NCBI GenBank assembly: GCA_905178155.1
Contig: CAJINV010000001.1
Span: 14,281,265-14,345,264 of the forward strand
Direction: 5' to 3'
Source: Amoebophrya sp. A120
Lineage: Eukaryota > Protista > Dinoflagellata
DNA length: 64,000 bases
The position numbers were made by a program, and so were the translations under genes. How positions within the stretch are numbered: the first letter of the stretch is position 1; every line of letters begins with the position of its first letter. Below are positions 49,201-60,000 of the stretch, piece by piece. The notes below the pieces were generated by a model. It was not told the DNA's origin. It ran no database searches and saw only the letters and a program-made list of their open reading frames with translations.

Positions 49201-49579
49201 CTTCGCAAGCGTCGAATTCAGCAAGGAACTCGGAGAATGTCGCATCCTTTTCAGTGTCGTCGGCGTTTCGGATCGTCAAGACCAGATTGCCACGGACCTG
49301 CTTGCGCAAAAAGTCGATGCTCAGTGCGTTTTCCATGTAATTTCCGATGCCCTCGTAGTTCAGCACCTGAGGTCCCATGCCCTCAATCACAATGGGGTTT
49401 CTGAAAGTCTGGATTTTACGACGAAACTCGGCGACGGACAAAGCGCTCCAGTGGTATCGCTCGACGCGATACGGAGCACCATGGTGCGGAGGATGTTGTT
49501 GTCCAGGGCGGGGCTGCTGCGAGGACCCACCACCGCCTCCGCGCGAGGAGGTGGCGGCGGGGGCCATTGGCTGCTTCAT
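46208..49579 (-). CDS. JmjC-domain 2-oxoglutarate/Fe(II) oxygenase (JMJD4/6/8-like) with long disordered C-terminus, 1123 aa
   Basis: YLKD...FLGNTGTKTALHVD...GEKKWTLF...LKAGEVLFNP...PHEVVNL: HxD...H iron triad. Confidence 0.88.
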   Translation of the reverse strand: MKQPMAPAATSSRGGGGGSSQQPRPGQQHPPHHGAPYRVERYHWSALSVAEFRRKIQTFRNPIVIEGMGPQVLNYEGIGNYMENALSIDFLRKQVRGNLVLTIRNADDTEKDATFSEFLAEFDACEAERQAKAKVVVAENSGSSGSSSVPPPSTATSKGGVYLKDSAIATQFPWMFQKHVRVPAYFLHCFKHRTRNKTLHGSAYVHPSLFLGNTGTKTALHVDPWPTNFWCYLVEGEKKWTLFHPDDAHLLHPTPTHEEPPFAFPSVEKLEELEKSHPPSRPRPRRLDFVLKAGEVLFNPAQTPHEVVNLSRTLMVCGLFIDHSNLQLCLTHTRRILRKMERALVEKIKQEDTEGKKEATAPPSMPQEAASGSSSSGGKKQSPQQDGDSRGTPSEIVLQGPASYPERKFSTAMSDSGEQHAGHKLGSQEVRLSSYAASSEAADDLNMFDGWTLHSAHARGTTTSRTVTTSKLAAAARTNSNLSTLASTASSTTATTRATVPPRSRPRTNSEDSTVASASSTSNGTGKKQGKQAATQAKVANLKSGGSEAAGSLKKLVQDCENGMDVLYYALYDVTPYTKSGHRNHEIAQDLIVEEDDADLLENDGTPLPRVLIVNEDGVERLEVDTSSTERTNESNLLPRTNSKIPPLQAKNVMFDANAPQVATLQRPTRATIPNPEEFFQTPMNSFYQQQQGRESAVFAGADGVTYMESYPSAALSDTAALDPDRNLWLRSDLKSRMMADSKLTAYMEVMMSGDQAARAGASSGAGAPQGNHQAVADRLAAGRWMRGERSNAAVSTTATTDGGGSSSPSSTSGGGARSGRAIDVFRTDATASSEGSSTDGGRTAGGGGSFTRNPSAPQAKPTTTVGAFTASPYAALLTRSQLEFRIYRRSCILQALEEIDFPELEDDLHFFRPETPGSMVGLFPLHEGLQYDERTRQSEFCTAGLASAPVSTHKVQISVVRQASGADGGSGRSSGGSTFYFPASDEVSLVSATNASGNDVYPTSPIGASSAGVPALERATSNPLSRQNSLTIEKQNSDTRYFVQGKWDPTVGEFRPLPRSPPPGSPKGNVHFFRNGHKEREVDLETKPDPVIHVRYFVNGKAVDFVPQSFANAPVSRLESKH

Positions 49580-50397
49580 GGATTCGTTGATTTAGGTGGT
49601 GCTTTAACTTTCGCAAACAACACAATCTAGTGATTTTCAGTGTAACAATGATTATTTTGATAAAGTATGTTCGATCTTCAGGTTTTGTTTTTGGAAATCA
49701 TGTTCATGATCATGCGCCCATAGGAAGGGCCTTTATGTTGAGGATAACGTTAAAGGGAAAAGGAATAAAAATACCCAAGATCTGCATGCGCAATATGGAA
49801 ATGTAGTCGTGACGCTAAGATATTATTTTTTTTGAAAACTAGATGCAAAAGCAAAACAACCTGCGCGTGCTCCTCGTGCATTGACCGACAAACGATCCAC
49901 GTGCACACCCATGAGGCGGGGCATGATACTACGCACTCGCAACGAAAAGCGAGGGCACCATCACGAGAAACCGACTCATCATTTAAGCCAAGTGTTGTAC
50001 TACCGATTGCGCGACTTTGGCTTTCGTCAGCACCGACAGCGACAACATATTTTGGTACAGATGATACCGAAAGTTGCACAGGAGAAGATCATATCGACCA
50101 TAAAGTTACCGAAACTAGAGTGTTTTTTCACGAACCGATGTTCACCCTTGTCTCCATGGGTCAGAGTCAGTTCGTTGTCTCAAGGACGATTGTAGATGTA
50201 AACAAGGGCTGCAATGTGCCTGGAGTCAGTTTCGCAACGCGGATAGGAAGAACCGTGACGATATGTGTTGCTCTCGTGGGAGTTCTGATACTGATTCTAT
50301 TCATTATGTGATGCGTCTATGTTTAGTTGTCTTGCACTTGTATGCGACGTAGACACTCATCAAAACATATCATGTTAAGGTCCTCGTACATCTTCCA

Positions 50398-52903
50398 CTA
50401 ACCAGGATTCTGGACGCTATGACCCGCTAGGCCAGCACGAATCTCTTCCTCCAACGCACCATCGCGCTGCAGGCTGTCGCCGGTAAAAGCCTCACCCGTG
50501 ATTGGGCAGACGTCGCCACTGGCCGCAGCCCACGCTTGCAGCGTGGCAAGTTCGTAGAAAAACAGTTCACCAGTGCTTGGAGACAGAAACCGGACAGGGT
50601 TTGTCATAATTCGCCCATCAATGTGACAGCGCCAATGAGGCGGAATGGCGTCCGGGTCCATCATGCTGAGCGACGAGTTTCCAACGTTTTGAAGAAGGTT
50701 TGGCTGTTTATTTTCATCTGGGGCTGAGACATCTGACTTCCCCGCCCCTGCTGTGTCGTTTGCTATTGAGGAGAGCACGGCCCCCACATGCGTCTGCTCA
50801 TCAATCGCGACGACTGCCGTTGAAGCCTCCAAGAGAAGAGCTGGGTCGTCGCGGTACCTCTGTTGCGTCTCGTAAAATTCAAGTCCCGGAGGCGGAAAGT
50901 CCTCGGAGCTGTGAACCATTCTCTGAGGACTGCTTACCGGTTCGTCGTCCGTTTGGCGAGTGTGGACGTCATAGGCATCGCCCGCCAGCTGTTCCGCGCG
51001 TGCGGCTGCTGGTGCGCCGCCAGCGTGCTGGTCACTATCAGCTGCGTCGAACAGGAACTCGTCAAACTGCGCTGTTGCGGCGTGCTGTTCTGACCAGTAC
51101 TCTGCGACGTCCTGTTTTTTTCTGTACACGTAGAACCGACTTAGCCAGGGGATGACCACCCGCCAAAACGCATGGGGATTCGCGGAGCAGTTGGCGACAG
51201 GCGCAAAGAAGGTTTCGTACAGATATTGCTGGTGCATCGCCTGCTGTTCCTCCGTGGCGTTCGCTCCGGTGTCGTCTTCCAGCGGAATGGTGAGCAGCAC
51301 GAGTCGTGCGTGTGCCGCTGGCTGCACTTCCCCAGCGAAGTGATGGAACGACCAGTAGCGGGGGGTGTTGGAGTGCAGCGGGCCGCGATCCTGCACGAGC
51401 AAATCTTCGGGAAGCAGGCTGCCTTCCATCACGATCCGGGGGTCGAGCAGCTTCAGGGCTAGCAGCGCGTCTAGCATTTCCGGAAACAGCTTGTCCCAGG
51501 GCGAAACCACTTTTCCGCTGAAAAACAGCTTCTCGTGCACAAAATCCACTACGTGCTTCCCGTACAACCGCAAGTGTCTCTTCAGCCGCTTGAAGAAAGT
51601 TTTGTGCTTCGCGGTTGCCCACAGGACATACCTCGGGTCGGTCAGCATGTCACACATCTCCCTCGCACAGCGGCACAAACACGAAAACACCACTCGAAAT
51701 TCCTCACTACGAAGGCGAAGTTTCTCGCTTTGGTAAGTGTTAGCATTCGCCTGCGCCTTCGCGTTCGGCGTTGGTGAAGACATTACTTCCCCAAAAGACT
51801 GGTATCCCATGAGGTTCGCTTCCTCGTCGTCGCTTTCGGCGTAGGCTTCGTGAAACAGCACCTCGGAGACCCGCAACATTTTGTCCAAGAGTTCCTCCTC
51901 CACGAACGCCATCGACAGTCTCCGTTTGAATTCGTACAAATCGTGCAGCGCGCCCGTCTCTTCGGCTACTCTGGTTTGCCGCTTTTTCGCCACGGCATCT
52001 GCGCCCTTCAGATTTTCCTTCGCGACCCACAGTTCCGCGACGCTGCGCGCGATGCAGGGCTCCATGTTGAGCAGCAGGCGGGCCACCGCGACCGGAAACC
52101 TCGGTTCGTGGCCGCAGAGCTCCAGAAACATGGAGCCGGAGAGCGCGCTGCAGTTCAGACACTGGCACAACACGCGCCACATGGCCTGGCAAGTGAGCCT
52201 CCCGGCAGTCCCGCTGAAGGCCGCTTCGCCGCCGCCAAGCACCACCTCGCGGAGCACATAGTCGAAACTCTCCGCGATTTGGGCAAGCAGCAGCTCCCCG
52301 ACCGTTATCGAGTCCGTCGTCTCGGTGGACGCACTGGCCAAAATCCCCAATAGCTCCGGCGCCGCGGGATCCGTGGGCTGTACGTTATTCCTTGAAAAGA
52401 AGGTAACCATCCCCAACCCCATATCAGTCAACTTTTTGCATGACAAAGACCACCGACGACCTGGCACTTTCTCCACGCCTAGCATGACAAATTGGATGGA
52501 AGTGGTTAATTTTCAGGGAATACACGTGGTCGAGTTCGAACAGCAAGACCAGACTGTTGAACACGTGCAAAAACGGCTCCGTCGGAAAAGCCTCCCCGAA
52601 GACAAACGCCACGGTCTGAACGCTTTTTCTGTGCGCTTCGACCAGCGCTGGTAGGGCGCTGACCACGACCCGCAACACGTCGCGCGCAAACCGGTCTTGC
52701 GTCGCTTGATACGTTTCCACTAGACCGGCGTCGGCGGAAAGAATGCGGCCCATCGCTTCCTTGATTTCGGAGGCGTCCTCGATTGTTTGATTTGGATTTT
52801 CACCCACTGCATCTGTACCTCCGAAGAACTCAACCTCGAATACTTTGTACAAAAGGCCCAGCTCCAGCTGCACCACGCCCGCAATGCGGCCCGAACCAGC
52901 CAT
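50398..52903 (-). CDS. U-box domain protein (putative E3 ligase), ~787 aa, two exons
   Basis: Junction ELDHV|QPTDP after insert removal; C-terminal U-box PPHWRCHIDGRIMTNPV...YELATLQAW...CPITGE; start chosen at AAAATGG (52903), upstream extension possible. Confidence 0.8.
52386..52522. mobile_element. Introner / non-canonical intron, 137 bp
   Basis: TIR TATTCC(T/C)TGAAAA...TAACCA; direct repeat TACGT/CACGT; removing 142 nt fuses ORFs 52424..53185 and 50398..52485; two GCATGACAAA motifs. Confidence 0.88.
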
Positions 52904-53877
52904 TTTGTGTATCCAAGACGCTTTTTTTGGGTCTTGCGGATTTTTTCGGGGACTACATCTGCTCAAGTTCATTTTTACATTCGGTGTAGTTGCTGTAGCG
53001 TCATCTTCTGGACACTTGCACCACTGTTCGTTGGACAATGACCTCCACAAAAGAAAAACGAAACGCCAACTCCTTTTCCTGCCACTGCAGTGCAGCACGC
53101 TCAGGCTCTCATTTTTTGAAAATAGAAGCAGTCGTCCTGGTTGATTGCTATCCTCTGAGAAAAAGAACAACGAAGACGAACACATGAGAAGCGGTTTCAG
53201 AATGAATCTTCAGACCTTAACCTTCAGGTCGGCCCGTAGCTCCGTGCTTCCCCCGTGGTCCACAATCACCCCGCATCACGAAGCGCGAAATCCTTTTACC
53301 TTTTTATCAAGATCAACCCAAGTAGAAAGAAGTAATCATTGTCGTAGCTGCATTTTTCGGTCGAGGTCGAGCGAAACGCACAGATCTGCAATGCGAGTGC
53401 ACTTGAAGGTACATGCAAAGACAAAATTGTTCGTTTGGTCGTACCCAAATTGTTGCTTTACCTGGTCTTGGAGGTTGACATTCGGCAGTCAAAACTCATA
53501 GAATTTCCAGAATAAGCCAGGATCACGATATACTGCATTTGTTAATTCATCTGGTGCGTTTTAGACAGAAAGAAGAAAATTTGAATTTCAAATCAATCAT
53601 GCACTGCAGCCATGATACATAACATTGCGATACTTACGCTTACGGTTGGGGAACCGTAGCTGCAGTGCCGCGAAAAAACAAAATTACACTCTTCCGGTTC
53701 GCCCATGTGGGGGAGAGTGAAAAAATAATGGCACGAAATTGTACATCAGGGATATCCAAGATCATTTTTAGAGCAAACTCAAAACGGTCTTGAGCGGAAA
53801 ATTTTTTATGAGGCCTAGTTATCGATCCCGATCGTCGGTCAAGCTTAATCGGTCCACCTCGCTGCTGCAATTCGTGC

Positions 53878-55890
53878 TCAGAACGACCCTTTCCGCTGCG
53901 ACGTCGTGGGCAGCGTCAAGCGGTAGATTTTGGAGAACTCTTCCGGCGACATCGCGAACGCGGCGTTCGTCTGCGTTGACACGACGACGTAATCACCGTG
54001 CTTCAACGTCTGCATCTCCCCCCAGGGGGACAGTAAAAACCTCGCCGCGATTTCGGTGTCGCTTTCCTGCCAGATACTGGTGAGCTGCCCCAGGGCATTG
54101 TGCGTTAGCCGCACAGCTTTGATGGGGGACGTCGGCGCATAGGTTTGGTATCCGATCACCGGGTCGAAGCGGCTCTCGAATTCGACCTTGAAGAAGAAAA
54201 AGAGCTATGTTGACTATGTTGATAATTTGTCTAGTAAAATGAAGAACAACCACGCCCAAGTGCACCTGCACATTTTCCTCATTCTTCACACAAAATGGCA
54301 TTTCCAAGAAATTTTCATGTGCGACTCAGCTTTGGAAGCCCAGTACCCCTCTATCCAGAAGATACTAGCACTATCCAGATGTTGAACATACTAGCACTAT
54401 CTGGTACTGGTTCTGCTCGAAAATAAAAAGATGATGAGTACAACTGGTGCGTTGAAGATGTATACCGATCCCATTTCAGTGTTCGCTTCCTTTTCTTCCT
54501 TCGATGCGAGTGTGTACATGCCACCACGGCCTGCAGGACCAGATCGTTTCGCTGTGAAGAAGGCCGTTGCTCGGTCTCTCAACTCGTACTCCCCTGCTTG
54601 TGCTTGCTCCGCTGGTCCCGAGGCGGAGGTGGACAACGCCCCTTGAGCTGAATTTGTTTGACCGCCAGCCGTAGTTCTCAGCCGGTTTGCGTCTTTCAGC
54701 ATACTGTTGACAACAGTAGCCAGCCGCTTTTGTTCTGCACGGATGACGCGGTCGATGACTTTGTCCATAGGTAGCTCGTCGTCGTTCATTAAGTGATCCA
54801 TTAGGCGGGCCAACTTATCATTGAATTGGTGCGGCCCAAGAGGGCGGGATACAGCTTCTGCACCCGGAGACGATGCGGAAGCTGCCTGTGCGCCAGTTTC
54901 TCTTACTTTCCCCACCGCAGTTGTACTGCAGGACACTGGTTTTTTGTTTTTCGGACTTCCGGGGAGATATGCAACTAACCCAGGATGCAAGCAGCGGTAA
55001 GGTTTATCTGAAGCCACTTCCCCTGGCTGCAACCACCGGGCCGTTCTGGGAAGGAACATGTGAGAGATCAACTCGTTTGCGAACGATGGACTTGTCTCAC
55101 TACCAGCTGTTGATGCGCCGCCCTTGTTGCTTTCAGGATCAGGAAAGAAAGGAGACGCAGACGGCATAGCGACATTTTTGCTTGTTTCTGGTGCCAGATC
55201 AAGTTCGAGGGGCAGCACGAGGTGGCTGCTTTCCCTTGTCATCTCGGCTTTGTCGACTATGTCCTGGTACATTTTTGGCGGCGGCTCCAGAAAATTTTTC
55301 GTCGGGAAAAGCGCCTGCGTTTTCAAAAATGGCGGCGCGATGGGAAGCGAACTGCCGCTGTTCCCTCTTCCCGCATTTGCAACATAACTGTTGGAATACG
55401 TAAGATCCGAGGCACGTGGTGCTGGTATTGCTACTGGGCGAGATGAGAAGCATGCTGTTGACTGACGGTCCTTTGATCGCACGTAGTTCGTTGCCATGCT
55501 TGCAACACCACAACTGCCAGACAGAAACAGCAGGGGACGGTAGTCTGCTTGTGCATGATCCTTGTTTCCTGCATAGTACTTACTTTTGGATGATCCACTT
55601 CCGCTGCCTTGTTGGTCAGCGTTGCTTAGGTTTGCGCCCTCGAGTCCGGTCTCGCTCTCTGCGACGGGTGGGCCGCGCGGGAGCCTGTCGTCCAGAAATT
55701 TCTGCAAACGCCGCTGCTTCGGGATCAGGTTGCGGGCAAAGTTACGGCGGACTCGGTACAGGTGCGCAGCTTTTGCAGCAGCGAAAAGCAAATCGGGATT
55801 GCTAGTAGGATTGCTGTACCAGGACACGGAGAAACAGGCGAGAGACACAACGACGCGAACAAGAGACAAGAAATTCATCGGGACCAACAT
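53878..55890 (-). CDS. Hypothetical protein with signal/TM-like N-terminus and C-terminal PGDYG-like domain; exons 55890-54466 and 54186-53878
   Basis: Phase-0 GT-AG intron 54187-54465 (TCG|GTATAC...TTCAAG|GTC) joins ORFs 54397..56046 and 53878..54159; C-terminus PWGEMQTLKHGDYVV...MSPEEFSKIY. Confidence 0.6.
54187..54465 (-). other. Canonical GT-AG intron, 279 nt
   Basis: Pyrimidine tract before AG, phase 0. Confidence 0.7.
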
Positions 55891-57070
55891 CCTGTCTTTG
55901 ACCTTGTTACCAAGAAGATCACGACACGGCGACAGCGAACAAGGAAAGTCGAGCGACAAGGAGGAAGTCGACAATCGGGATCTTCTGATGCTGCACTTCG
56001 TATTCTGTTCCGTGTGAAAAAGTTTTTTTTTTTTAAACTTCTGCAAGAATGATTTGATTGGTTGATGCAGGCGTAGCGCTTTGATCTCCTCGAGCTCGAA
56101 GAACTTGCGTCATGCAATTATTTGTGCTCCGACGAGCGTCTTTGTATCGCGGCGAACATCCGTGGCTGACCTTCAACACGTGAACAACGCTCATTCGTGG
56201 GTGCCAAAAAGGCACAAATTGGCATTCACATTGCAGCCCAGAGGTTCCACTATAGAAAATTTTTCGAGCGAAATGTACAGTAACTCGCGCATCTTTTTGT
56301 TCATATCATAACCATACATGATCGTTGCTGGGTCACAATAACCATCTTTTCCTGGATTTCATCTCCGCAAAATCGCTTTAGCAGCTAGTCTTGATTTTGT
56401 TTGTACATTTCATATTCAAGTAGCACGCGTGCACATGGGTCTTTTGTTTTTAAGCGAGGATGCAGCTACCAATTCAGATTGATAGAGCCGATTGATGTGC
56501 GACAGAATTACAATCAGAATCTGAGGTCTAATCCTCCGGCACAAACAACGAATATACAACTTACACTGTCTGTTTAAGTAGCACAAGGTAGTAGTGAGGC
56601 GCTGCAATGCCCATGCCTCTAGTTCCTACGTTTTTACTTCTCGTCGCAGAGCAAAGTGCCACCAGTTAGAATGGCCTGTAGACTCATTGTTTGAACGAAA
56701 AGAAGAGCGAGACAGTAATTGCTGTCTCTCAGAACAAAGGTTTAGCTCGGATAATTTTCTTGGAAGTTGGGGTACAAAGGTAAGGACGAAACTAGAACTA
56801 GGTGCAAAATGATGAAACGAGTTATGAACAGAAAGAGAAACAGAATCAGAATATGCAATTTTTGAAAATGAGTACGCAGCAGCTTTACGTGAAGTTGAAT
56901 CATGCAATTGTCTGAAGATAAAACAGAAACTACTTTTCTTATTTGTCATTCTCTACGTCTTCCTACAAGTTTCCTTGCGACACACACACACACACGCAGT
57001 TGAGTTTTTCATCCACGCCTATAGCTAAGTATACATGCAGTCAATTACAATGTCAACAAGCGCCGGCCAC

Positions 57071-60000
57071 CTACGAGGAGTTTATGGCCGCCGACAAAAG
57101 GGCCGCATTGGCATTCGTTGTTTTCGACAATTCCGGGCCCCCCGGAGGTGGGGGAAACTGATCAGCCCCTTCCTTCGCCGCGTCTTCATCCGGTTCGGAT
57201 CGGTCAGACTCGTGATCAGAGTACTCTTCCTCGTCACTGCTGGTCTCGAATTTGGGGGTTTCCTTTGCCGCCCCCGACAGTGCGGGCATCGTCTTCGATT
57301 TTCGCACTGGTGGCGGCTTGGGTACCGTGGGGTCCTTGCGGTTTTTCCCGGACGCCAGTCCCGCGTTCGCCCGCGCCTTCTGCATCATCTTTTTCAAGCC
57401 GAAGAGAAACTCCTCGCGTTCGATCTCGTCGCCGTCCGCGTCGATGAAGCCGTAGAGCATGTGCGTGTTCTGCCTGTGGTAGTGGTATTTCGCGACCGCT
57501 GCGTTAAACTCCTCCATGGACAAGCTGCCTCCGCCGTCCTTGTCCAGCCAGTCCCACACTTCGGGCAACGACGCCAAAGTGAACGTGTCGTTGTCGAGGA
57601 AGTTGGAGGCCGTGTAGAGCAACGGCGGGAGCTGCGCTGCGGCCAGATTTCCAGTGGAGTTCGTCGCCTGCACTTCGGCGTCGTGTTTACTGTCCTTATC
57701 CGTGTTGGATTCCACCTTCGGTGGGTACCCGATGATCATCGTTTTTAACAAGTTTTTCGTCAGGTTGTCCGCTTTTTTTCGCCGCTCCCGCGCCGCGATG
57801 TCCGCCGACCGCTGCGCCTCCTCAATCAACTCTTTTTTCGTTTTGTGTCGCGGAAACCCGGCTGTTTCGCTGTCCCCCAGCGACGCGCCGTCGGCAACAG
57901 ACTTCGGGGATTTCGGGCGGCGGCCGCTGGAGGCGGTGCCGGGTCTCGACGAGAACTCCTCGGGGATGATGAAGCCGCGCTTTTCCGCCTTCATCTCGAC
58001 CGTGATCTTGAATTGCAGGAAAAACAAGAACTCCTCGAGCCCTAAAAACATCTCGCTCCAGAGGTCGTTCAGCTGTTTGAACTCCGCCCAACTGATCGTC
58101 CCCTCGCCACCCCGGTCCAGAAACCGGAAGAACGGCGTGACCTTTTCGATCAAGGTTTTCGAAACCGACAGCGTTGCCAGCTTCTCCAAGACGTTCTGCA
58201 GCGTGATCTGCTGTGTCTGGAAGCGGTCCAGAAAGCGAAACGCGCTGGCCAGAGAGTCGAAGTTCTGCAGGAAGTACTGCCCCATGTCCAGAACGACGCC
58301 GGGCACTTCTTCCAAGGAGATCCACCACTCGATCTCGGCCTGAGGAGGTATTTTCTTCATGATCGACATGTTGTCTTCACACAAATTTTAGATCTTCAAG
58401 AACATGCGTGCTACTGCGACTAAGTAGTTGGTCGCAACCGTAAGTAGTATTTTATTCACGTTGACGTTTCAGCCACTCTCATTGTCATCTTCATCTGCAT
58501 GCATGAGTGTGCATCTTCGTAGTTCAGCATCAGCAATAAAGTGCATCAAAGTCACCTCATCATCCTCGACGTTTTCTCTTGTGTTCCAGCAACCGTAATC
58601 CCGGGCCATTTTTAACCTTTCCTTGATGATCGCGAACTCCGGCGCGCAGCAGTACGTCACGGTCATCACCCCCAGATTCGGCGGGTCCGTTTCCCAGGAC
58701 CGCGGGATGCCGTACGTCAACACGTCCGGCTGTCCGTCGTAGTCCTGATCCCACGTGACGTATCGAAAGGAAAAATTCCCCCTCCCCATATCAAAACGAA
58801 ATCTCTGATGCTGGATCTGTGTACACCAATCAGCTTTGTATTGCAGGGAGGCATTGCGGCCAGATCCCCAGGCTATGCAGGGCCGTATCGGTCTAGTTGT
58901 TCAGCATGGCAAACGGCTTCCCTTTAGGCCCAACAGCATGAGAAACCGCTTCCATAACGGGGGACGAAGCTTTTGCCCTTATCTTCTTCCAAGACAAATG
59001 TGATTTGTGACCTCAAATCAGCAACACAAATTTTCGGAAACATGCATTTTCGATATGGGGAGGGGGAGTTTTTCCTTTCGATATGACGTCAATGATGTTT
59101 TCGCCCTCCTCGTGGGATTCGTACGTGAACTATCCACAGTAAATTTCCTGTACACGTACAAATGCGTCCTCTGCATGGCAAAACTTGGCCTCGGTCCTAG
59201 TTTAGCATGACAAGTTTCACACTTCAAATTGGGGAAATTTGTGACGCATCTTGTACATGTACGGGAAATTTGTATTGCATATGAACAACGCGATCAGACA
59301 CAACCTGTCCTCGTTGTAGCGGAAATCCAGCCGGAAAGTGTAGTTCTCCGGCTGCACCCAGGGGAGCATCCCGAAGGAGCCCAATCGCGGGACGATCTCA
59401 GCCTGCCACGTGGAACGGTAGACGTATGGATTGCAAAAGTATCGTACTAGTATAAATCGCAATACAAATTTTTCCAGAAGGAAAAATGGAATTTGTAATG
59501 CTGATTTCGCTACGAAACAAGATTTGTCATGCATGATTGCAAGTAGTACGAGTACGATACTTTTGCACAGGATAAGACGGCGGCGCGGACAATCTTCTCG
59601 TTCAGGTACCATATGGATTGCAAATATGTCTGGGTCTGGAAGAATGCAACTTGTCGCGCTGAATCAATCTGAATGTGAATCATGTGAAAATCTGTGTTGC
59701 ATGATTGCCAAAAGTTGTCTACTTTTGACCTAATCGAGAGGCAGTTTCTCATGCAGAAGAGGCATGAAGATAGGACTCTCACAGAATCTGTCATGCTATG
59801 TCCTACATACCAGACCTCGTGGGTCATGGAAAACCTGCATGACAAGCCTGGCACTCTTCCAGACACAGACATATTTGCATTTGATATACCAGTCCACTGT
59901 GCGGTTCACCAGCGTGATCAAGACGTCCATCATAACGGCGTCGTCCGCTGTGAACAGCATGAGCAAGCGTCTCGCCTGTCGGCACGTGATGTAAAACCCG

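Noticed and set aside
53789-53806. Possible dinoflagellate spliced-leader relic (TTTTCCGCTCAAG, minus strand)
   Set aside because: Only a partial match to the leader 3' end and not upstream of a clear gene.
56979-56995. (CA)n microsatellite
   Set aside because: Short and unremarkable.
8981-59886. Assignment of the elements to a named transposon superfamily
   Set aside because: TAT...ATA ends recall IS3EU-type termini as I remember them, but the duplication length differs and no transposase is present in the window.
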